Shown one piece after another: positions 12,401-22,930 of a stretch of DNA of 64,000 nt. Both the position numbers and the translations under genes were made by a program. How positions within the stretch are numbered: the first letter of the stretch is position 1; each line of letters starts with the position of its first letter. The notes under the pieces are model-generated. The model was given only the letters and a program-made list of their open reading frames with translations, ran no database searches and was not told the origin of the DNA. Source of the stretch: Podarcis melisellensis (Eukaryota); NCBI GenBank assembly GCA_964234715.1, contig OZ174276.1; one strand, 5' to 3'.

Positions 12401-15400
12401 TAAAAGAAACTTCTTTCACGATTTAATAAAAGAAGAAGTGCTGTGCTGGAGAGTGAGGAGAAAATTCCTTGTGAAATCATCCCCCCCCCCCGACCAGGGA
12501 AAGTTCCGTGCTTGAGTCTGGTGAGGAAGAACAAGCTCTCAAAAGAGCTGTTAAATGGACAGATCGCAAATCGGCAAACTAATATCTCTCTGAATTAAAG
12601 GTTAAATTGAAACAAAGTGGTTGGAGACTCGATAGAAAGAAACAAAAAAAGGCTTGGACTGTTGGAAAGTTTATAAAGTAACCAGAATCCCTCTAGGGGG
12701 ACTCTAAAGCTACTACAATGGTTGCAGAAGAAATGGCTGCAGAAGAAAGACTGCAGGCAGAGATAAACAGGATGTTTTATCTTGTGGGAATACTGCAAGA
12801 GCAGAGTTTGAATATGAGCAAACAATTAATGACCTTGGATCCAGGAACAAGCAACTCTGCTGAATGCACGAAGGATATGACAGGAAAGGAATCTGCAACC
12901 GAAATAGAAATGACATCTCAAGAATTCGAGGAAAGAGAGCAAGGAGATGAGAAAGATCAATCGGAAAACATCAACAAGAAGCCTACAATGACGGAACGAA
13001 AGGCAAAAGATTCTTGGATTATTTGGATTACAACACTGCAAAAGATGCTGAGGAGGAAGGAGGGGGCCCCTATAGCATTTGGAATACAGGAACTTCAAGG
13101 ACACAAGAAACATGATTGGGGCCTCCCTGCTGACTATGAAAGACTGGTGGACTTTTGGCAGCATCTGTTTTTAAGTATCCATGTGGGAAGAAAAACCGGA
13201 GTGATGGAGGATGGGTTGTTCCGAGATTTGATGACTGACACAAGAGATTTCCAACAAAATCGACGGAGAGGAACTGAAAGTGACTTAAAAGCTTCGGACG
13301 TGAGGAATCCGGGCTAAAAAAAAAAAAAAACCATGGTTGACTTTTGTTTGAAAAGGGACTAGAACCTGGGGAGGGGGAGGGGGGGCAGAAGGGTAAGAAC
13401 GATGATAAATTTTGGGTTGTGTGAAAAGGGTTTATTCTTAAAAATGGGGAATCGGTGGAAGGGAAATTAAGCCGACCTTAGGAAAGAATCTAAATGTTTA
13501 TAAGAGTTGGGGATGAGAGTATGGGTTAAGAAGGAGAAACAAAAATTTGCTGAATGAATTAGGAAAATAGGGATGTATGAAGAGGGGGAGGGGGGAAGTC
13601 CGGGAAACAAGGTTAAAGAAAACAAGGTTTTGAGAGGATATATGTTTTTGCTTTTGTTGTATTTTTTGTGTTTTTTGTGTGTTTGTCTTTAAAAATTGTA
13701 AAACCCAATAAAAATTATATTAAAAAAAAAAATAACCAGATTTATACAGGATGTCTCTGCAACTTCTGAGTTGGAACATAAATGGCTGCAACATTCCCGA
13801 AAAAAGGAAGAAAATCTTTCATATATTAAAAAAGGAACAATTGGACATTAATTGCTTGCAAGAAACACATGTGACTAGGCTCCACAGAAAAGTTTTGGTA
13901 AATAAAAGACTTGGCCAGGAATTTATATGTTCAGACAGAGTAAAGAAGAGAGGGGTGGTGATATATGTAAAGGAGAGCCTTTCACCTAAATTATTATTTA
14001 AAGATGAACATGGCAGAATTTTGGCAGTCGAAATACAACATCAAGGAGAAAAAATTATTCTATTAGGAATCTACGCACCAAATGAAGGGAAATCGGAATT
14101 TTATAAGAAGTTGCATGAGAGCATGCTGGAGTATCTGGACTTTGACAACATCATTATGATGGGAGATATGAACGGGATTGTATCAACTAACATGGATAAG
14201 TCGCAAAGTCAAAAAGTTACTAAAGATGGCAGACTACCAAAGACCTTTTTTGAAATGACAGACAATATGGACTGGATTGACATTTGGAGAACGAGAAACC
14301 CCTTGGGAAAGGAAGGAACATTCTTCTCTGAAGCCCATCTGACTTGGACAAGAATCGACCAAATATGGATTACTAGAGGTCTGGCACCTAAGGTTAGGAA
14401 AGTGGAAATCTGCCCAAAGACCTGCTCCGACCATAATGCTTTGAAAATGGATTTGACATTGTTCCCAACCGGTTCCTTTCGATGGAAGATGAATGACAAC
14501 TTATTCAGAGATCAGGAGATTACTAAAAAGGCCCAAAAAGTTTTGAAGGACTATTTCGAAATAAATTTGAAGACAACGGTGGAAAAAAGAACAATTTGGG
14601 ACGCAAGTAAAGCTGTGATGAGAGGGTTCTTAATACAACAGAATGCTATTAAGAAAAGGAAACAAAATGAAAAGAAAGACAAGATCTTGGAGAAAATAAA
14701 AGAATTAGAGAAGAAGTTAAGAGTAAATCCGAAGTCACAGCTGATTCTGAGAGAAATTAAACTTCACCAGGCACAATATTCTAAACTGATAAATCAGGAA
14801 ATAGAATGGAAGATTAAATCAATGAAACAAAAAACGTTTGAATCGGCAAACAAATGTGGGAAACTGCTGGCTTGGCAGTTGAAGAAGAGACAAAAGTTGA
14901 ATACAGTAACAAATTTGGAAATTGAAGGAAGAAATATTCAGAACCCCGTGGAAATTAGAAAATCCTTCCAGAAATATTTCAAGAAACTATATACTCAAGG
15001 GCCGCAAAATGAGGTTGAGATTGAACAATTTTTGAAGAAAAATAGTCTTAAAAAATTTACACAAGAAAATAGACTACTCCTGAATAGCCAAATAACACGA
15101 CAAGAAATTGAACATGCCATTCAGAACATGAAACTGGGCAAATCTCCAGGGCCAGATGGCTTGACCTCCAAGTATTATAAGACAATGAGTGACTATTTGA
15201 TTCAACCTTTGATGGAGGTCAGCAATGAAATTCTGGAGGGAAAGAAGGCGCCGGAATCGTGGAAGGAAGCTTTTATCACGTTGATACCAAAATCAGAAAC
15301 TGAAAAAACACAACTTAAGAACTACCGCCCCATCTCCCTATTAAATGTGGATTACAAAATATTTGCTGATGTTTTAGCAAGCAGACTTAAAAGAGTTTTA

Positions 15401-18400
15401 AATGAAGTAATTCATAAGGACCAGGCCGGCTTTCTCCCAGGTAGACACATGTTTGCAAACACAAGAAACATTATTGACATCCTGGAACTTTTGCAAACAG
15501 ACATAAACACTAAAGCAGTGCTGATTTTTATAGACGCGGAGAAGGCCTTCGACAACATCTCTTGGAAATTCATGAAGGGAAATTTAAAAGAAATGGGAGC
15601 GGGGCGGGGTTTTGAAAATGGGATTGATGCAATATATTCAGAACAAAAAGCTAAATTGATAGTTAACAATGTGGTAACGGAAGAATTTAAAATTGAAAAA
15701 GGAACACGACAAGGCTGCCCGATTTCCCCTTTGTTATTTATTTCAGTTTTGGAGGTGCTCTTGAACTTGATCAGAGGTGACCGGTTGGTGCAGGGGATTC
15801 AGGTCGGAGCGAAACAATATAAACTTAAAGCTTTTGCAGATGACTTAGTTTTGACACTGCAGGAGCCAGAATCTAGTACGAAAAGAGTATTACAACTGAT
15901 ACATGATTTTGGTCAGGTGGCGGGATTTAAGCTAAATAAACAAAAAACGAAGGTGTTAGGGAAAAATATGACAGATACAGAGTCAGAACGGTTTCAGAGA
16001 GAAACAGAATTATCATTGGTGAAAAAGGTAAAGTACCTAGGGGTTAACATAACAGCCAAAAATCTGAGTCTATTTAAGGATAATTATGAAAAATGTTGGT
16101 CTGAAATTAAGAGAGACTTGGATAGCTGGGCAAAGCTGAAGCTTTCTTTGTTAGGCCAAATTGCTGCTATTAAGATGAATGTATTGCCAAAGATGTTGTT
16201 TCTGTTCCAAACATTGCAAATTGTGGACAAAACGGAGTGTTTCCGGAGGTGGCAGAGAGATATTTCCAAATTTGTCTGGCAGGGCAAAAAGCCCAGAATT
16301 AAGTTTAAGATATTAACAGATGCGAAGGAAAGAGGGGGCTTTGCCCTGCCAGACTTAAGGTTGTACTATGAAGCCGCAGCTTTCTGCTGGCTAAAAGATT
16401 GGCTACTCCTCGAAGACACTGATGTGTTAGACCTGGAAGGTTATAACAATGCTTTTGGTTGGCATGCATACCTGTGGTATGATAAGGCTAAGATCAATAA
16501 GGCCTTTAAGAACCATATTGTCAGAAAAGCAGTGTTTAATGTCTGGACAAAATATAAAGACTTATTGGAAAATAAAACTCCAAGGTGGCTTTCACCTTTG
16601 GAAGCTAAGGCCTGGAAAAGACCCAATATGGAAGCCTACTGGCCAAAATATTGGGAACTGTTAGAAAAAGACGGAGATAATTGGAAATTGCAGAGTATGG
16701 AGAAAATGAAGGATAAAGTGCGAGACTGGTTACACTACGCTTAGATTAAAGAAATTTTTAAAAGTGACAAGAAGTTAGGATTCCAGGTGGAGAAATCGAA
16801 GTTGGAAACAGAATTGTTAGAACCTAAGACTAAGGTACTTTCAAGAATGTATAACTTGCTGCTGAAATGGAATACACAAGACGAAATGGTTAAGTCGGCT
16901 ATGATAAAATGGGCACAGGACATTGGGCATAACATTATGTTTGAGGACTGGGAAAGGTTGTGGACCACTGGGTTGAACTTTACTGCATGTAATGCTTTGA
17001 AAGAAAATGTAATGAAAATTATATACAGATGGTACATGACCCCAGTTAAACTTGCCAAAATATACCATTTGTCTAATAATAAATGTTGGAAATGTAAAGA
17101 AAATGAAGGAACATTATTTCACCTCTGGTGGACCTGCCCTAAAGTGAAAGCCTTCTGGGAAATGATATATAATGAGTTGAAAAAGGTATTTAAGTATACC
17201 TTCACCAAGAAACCAGAGGCCTTTCTTCTGGGCATTGTCGACCAGAAGGTGTTAAAGAAAGATAGAACATTTTTCATGTATGCAACAACAGCAGCAAGGA
17301 TACTACTCGCTAAGAACTGGAAAACTCAAGATCTACCCACACTGGAAGAATGGCAGATGCAACTGATGGACTATATGCAATTGGCGGAGATGACTGGCAG
17401 AATCCGAGACCTGGGAGAAGAAAGGATTGAAGAAGATTGGAAGAAATTCAAGATTTATCTACAAAAACGTTGTGATTTAGTGGAATGTTAGGAAGGATGC
17501 TTGGTTATAAATAATTGGCCATCACTAAAATAGATCAGAATTTGATGATAAGAGAGATTAAGAGAAACAAAATTTGTAGGAGAATTTTTTTTATTGTACT
17601 TAAATAAGTGGTTATAAATTTGGAAATAAGATGATAATTTGCTTGACAAAAATTTATTAACGATGCAAGTGGGAGCGGGAGATGTGAGGAAGTCTAAGGA
17701 TGTTATGAAATTTTATAAAAACAAAGCAACACTGTTTATTATTATTGTATTTCTTTTCTAAAAACTCCAATAAATATCTATTAAAAAAAAAAAAGACCTA
17801 GCACAGAGTACTTTCCTAATCAAGAGTTAACTGAACCTACTCCGTGTGATTTACTGCGGGCTCACTTCTGGCAGAACTCATTGGTTCTGCCTGTCATTGG
17901 TTCTGGCTCAATAGCTGGTTCTTCAACAGTAGTTGCTGTTTATCAGCCTGCCTTCTGACCCACCTGCCTGCCTTCAGTCACCACTGTACTATGCAGACAT
18001 CATACAGCAGAACTTAAGGCCAGGATCGAAGTGCGCAGCAATAGTGAATTACAAGGGTTATTCTAGAGAATAATACACAAAGCGGGGTGGGATGGAATTA
18101 ACAATGTTATGCATATGGTAAAAACTATTTTAAGTGAAAGATGATTAATAACAAGATTTACTTACATTTTATTTTCTGATTTGTGATTTTCTGCTATTAC
18201 ATACAATAATTTATTTGCAAAGCTCTTTGCCTTGTCGCTCAAACCTTGCTTCAAATCTTCACAGTCTAATCGCACCATAGGGAAATGAGCAATCATTGGC
18301 AAACTCATTATTTCCTTTGCAAGACTGAAAAAGTCATCTATAAACTTCAAAAGAACATTACATTTGTTAATTTAAACTGCAGTCTTTAAAACATGTACAT

Positions 18401-19597
18401 TCTTGAATAGGACCACAGTCCTATACAGTATACCAGGGGTGGGAAACCTTAGGCATGGAGGCCAAATGTGACCCTTGAGACTTCTCTCTCCAGCTCTCAG
18501 GACTCTGCCAAGGCAACATTTCTTACTGGCCCTACTCCACACCCTCCTTTAGTAATTTCCTTGGCTGGCATGGATCCTTGAATTGTGATAATGATTTGTG
18601 CTTGCCTGGAGGGATTTGTGTGTGTAGGCTTCTCTATGACTGGAATGCAGTGCACCATACAAAAGTAAGAGTCATATCCGTTGCTCTATCCAACCAAGCA
18701 ATCCCTGGAGGATTGCCCTTAATAAAACGATGTGGTTGTAAGGATTGCTGCAGCCTTCTTTCTGGCCTCCTATCGTCTTCCCTTTGTCCACTCACATACA
18801 CACAGTGCTCTGCTGCCAAAATGTCTCATCTCTCTTGCTACAGATAGGACAGAATGTGGAGCTTCAGAACTTCCTCTGCCTTTTAATACAGTACAACTGA
18901 ATTAGACTTGGAGAGCAGGAGATGAAGGGCGTTCCAATAGCAGCAAATACATTTTATCTATTCTGGCAGAACACAAGCTGCCAGCTGTGCTGCTGGGAGC
19001 TTGGGGCTAAAGTCCAGCCTGCTCCTTAATAACCACCAAGAGGGGCTCAGACTATGGGAGGCACCAACAAACAGGCCTGGCATCAGCACCTGGGCCAGTA
19101 TGTATGTCAGAGTTCATGGAAACGGGGTTGGTGCTGGTCACCTCAGCCTTCTTTCTTCTCTTTTAAAACTACGTTTCTGAGCACAATTCAAAGTGTTGGT
19201 GCTGACCTTTAAAGCCCTAAACAGTCTTGGTCCAGTATACCTGAAGGAGAATCTCCACCCCCATCATTCTGCCCGGACACTGAGGTCCAGTGCTGAGGGC
19301 CTTCTGGCGGTTCCCTTGCTGCGAGAAGCCAAGTTACAGGGAACCAGGCAGAGGGCCTTCTTGAAAGTGACACCCGCCCTGTGGAACGCCCTCCCACCAG
19401 ATGTCTTTCTCTTTGACATCTGGTGGGAGGGCGTTCTGGTAGTTGTTTTTCTAACAACTACCAGACTTTTAGAAGACATCTGAAGGCAGCCCGGTTTAGG
19501 GAAGCTTTTAATGTTTAATAGACTATTGTATTTTAATATTTTTTTGGAGCCTGCCCAGAGTGGCTGGGGAAACCCAGCCAGATGGGTGGGGTATAAA

Positions 19598-19641
<44 letters not shown>

Positions 19642-22600
19642 ACAGGCAGGAAGCAGTGGGCAGACATGTACATGATTACGGGGGTTAATTTAATTATTTT
19701 TCCTTTAAAAAAAAGTATCATTGTTGCAACAAAATTATACTTCTTCCTATGTAAATGTGTTCAGCCCTAGGGCAGCAGAAACAAACACCATTTTATTCCT
19801 ACAGACATGATGATGTCATGATTTAAATGACAAAGAAAAAGAATAGGTTTTTTAAATCAGGGCTGGAAAACATGGGGGGGTTAATCTAACATATCAAAAT
19901 ATATAAACAGTTGTAAAGCATGGGAAAGAGTGTGGGGGAGAAGAGATATGTTACTTATGTGCTTCACAACTGAAGTCACACACATGTGGCTGTCTAAAAG
20001 GGGGTGCAGTGGGCATAAGACTGCTAAACCCAGAGACAAAACATACTTAACTACAGCTTTGCAAGCTGGATTTACCTGTAATTATATGGGGAAATTACCT
20101 CTGTATATTCATCAAAACTATGCTCCTCAGTTACAAATTCTCTTATTCGGTCATCTGCAGTCCCATCTACTAGCCAGCCATATTTATCTACTGCAAAGCA
20201 ACAATCACAATAAAGGTTTGTTAACTATTATTTTGCAAGGTTATTTCGAGACCACTATATTGCAAAGCTCCACTTAAAATGACTTACAATAATAATCCAA
20301 CTGTGCTTTTGGCCCTTTCAAGTTTTCATTAATTGCTTCCCTCAGTACAGAGTTTGCCCATGATATAACATGCTCAGGAAGTTCCGTATCAATAGTTGCA
20401 ACTGTGGTCCCACCGGCTAGCCAGGAATGTACTGCCTGGACATTCTGTTCAAAACACGCAAGAGTTCTTTATGGCATTTAAATTGTGATTTCATAATGAT
20501 TACAAGCAATAATAAATAAACTTGTCAATGATTCCTTAAAACACATCCAAAAGAATAACTTAACTTTTAGAAAAGTTTTATATCACCTTACAGTGATCAA
20601 CATTAATATGCACTTAGAATTACTTGCGAGTAAACATGCTGCACATTGCTTTTTTAAATGAAATTGTTCTCTAAGCCTCTTTGCAATTTGTTTCAGATCT
20701 CACTGTTCAGCTATTTTGCTTCATCTACAGATTCTGCCATCACACTTTGGATACTTTCAAATGGAAGCTTTATAGTACAAATGGGCTGTTCAGGTTCTGT
20801 TATGTGTGCTTGATTAACATGTTACATTCCCCACGTTGGATATTTGCTGCTAATCAGACATTTCATGCCCAATGGGTGCAGCTTCACAGAATGTTATTTT
20901 GTCCGTACCCTCAACTGCTCCTACCGCACCCTCCACTACCCTTTTCCATTCTGACATTTGTGCAGATATTTCTGCATCTCTGTATAGGCACATTTTCCCC
21001 TTTAAAAAATGCACAACAGCACAAGAATAGATATCTCTCATTAGGCAAAATGGAAGGCTGTATTCTGGGAGAAGGGGAGAATATCAATTTCCGTTTGTTT
21101 GCTTTTAAAATTTTAATACTGAGGTCTTGAACCAGAGTGATAGGTATATCAGTCTGTAGTTTGGAGTGAGATGGATGACAATGCCCCAAAGAATTAGGAA
21201 TACCACATAGGAATAGCCCTTACCACTACCTGCACAATCACACATTCTCCCACCCCCCAAATAAACCACAGCCATAATGCAATACTAATAATGAGGTCAT
21301 GTACATGACCTCCATTTTTTTTTAAGCACAATGTGTTTACAGTTTTCTCCAGAGAGAATAGTTTCTTCAAATCAGGTTGCTGAAATATGGGTGTGCTTTC
21401 AGCACATGTGGTCTGCCAGAAACAAAATGTCTTGGTCATGCTGAGATAAGCAGCAAACAGAAGTTGGGAGCGCCGACACAGGACACCCATCAGAATGTCA
21501 CCAACCCCAAAAATGTGTTAATGAGGCTCCACACCCCACAGATGTACAGTGGTACCTCGGTTTTCAAACGCCTCCGTCGACGAACATTTCAGTTTTTGAA
21601 CACCATAAACTAAGAAATACTCGTTTTCGAACACGCCTCAGAAGTCAAACATGCCACGTGACTTCTGCTAATATCAGGAGCTCTCTTGCAACCAATTTGT
21701 TTTTGTGACTGTCTGTGCTTTGGTTTTCGAACATTTCAGAACTCAAACAGTCTTCCAGAACACATTACGTTAGAAAACCGAGGTACCACTGTATAATAAT
21801 TTTTATTTGATTTTTTTGCAGAAGAGCTCTATCTGCTAAAATGAATAAAAAGTATGGGCCGGCTTTTGATGACAATGATGTTGTGGGGACAATGCAAAAA
21901 AAAAAAAAAAAAAAAATGTCCAAGCACGAGCAGCAGGGATTTCACAACAAACTCCCTTCTGAGAAAACCCTTGCTTTTTGCTACAGATGACTAATGAATA
22001 CATTCAACAGTGGAGCTGGCTGTAACATTTATGATTACCTGTGTTCAACTGAAATATATAGAATATGAGGCCTGAGGTGTAAGTTATTTAAATTCTTAAA
22101 GAATTTATGAAATAAAGTAACAACAGATTAAACAACCTGCAGAGTCTGTGAAATCAAAAGAACTATAAACAAAATAGCGTCTTCCAGATCTTGAAAGGAT
22201 GGATAGAAGTCCATTTTCTCATCATCAAAAGTTAGCTCCATCTTAAACAAAGGCAGACGTCTTTGGTCTTCAAGATCAAACAGTTTCACATAAGCCTCAA
22301 CTGTTCTTTTCAATAATTCCTTTATCTAAAAAATACATAAATCACAAGTAGATTTCATTGCACGTGGCCAATAAACAACCACATAAACCTAACCCCCACT
22401 CCCAATCATAGCAAGTTCATGCAAACAAGTATTTTAGAGACATCTAAATAATTATTCTAATACACCAGGCCTAAAATCTAGTTCAGCCTTAAGAATTATA
22501 TGAAAATTATATGAAAATGCAAATTCTGAAATTTCAAGTAAAGCATGAAAATTTAGAGCAACAAACCACAGGAACCATCTGTACCACCCCTGCGGGTGCT

Positions 22601-22893
22601 AACAAAAGGGGATTCTCTGCTGCCACTCCTCTGGCAGGTGTGCAGCCTAAATATTATGTCTGCTTTGGGGCCCTCACTGGTAGAGAATTGCATTTATTAA
22701 TTTAAACCATTTATAACCTGCCAATCTGCTGAAACACCCAGAGCTCAAATTAACTAAAATGCTAATTTGTTTCATGCAGAATATTCAGAATGACACCTAA
22801 CATTGTATGGTGAAATATTATTTTCTCCTGCTTTTAAAAAATAACATTAATCTCCAGCTGCTGGGGGACAATAAATGTTATCATATATATATG

Positions 22894-22930
<37 letters not shown>

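Larger units (their letters stand above)
11582..17793 (+). mobile_element. 5'-truncated L1-clade LINE, antisense in a DNAH12 intron
   Basis: Perfect 15-bp TSD AGACCTAGCACAGAG (11567-11581 and 17794-17808); AATAAA at 17769 then A-tail; ORF1 C-terminus plus ORF2. Confidence 0.95.
11079..17928. mobile_element. Solo-LTR-like repeat (halves 11079-11566 and 17809-17928) split by the L1 insertion
   Basis: TGTTG...CAACA inverted termini; flanks TTAG/GTAG (imperfect 4-bp TSD); ~620 bp once the L1 is removed. Confidence 0.55.

Noticed and set aside
11558-17491. Reading the LINE as one natural three-ORF element
   Set aside because: The 17-bp TSD and internal poly(A) show the middle ORF belongs to a separate nested insertion.
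16787-17491. Separate 234-aa gene
   Set aside because: In-frame C-terminus of L1 ORF2 after a single nonsense codon.
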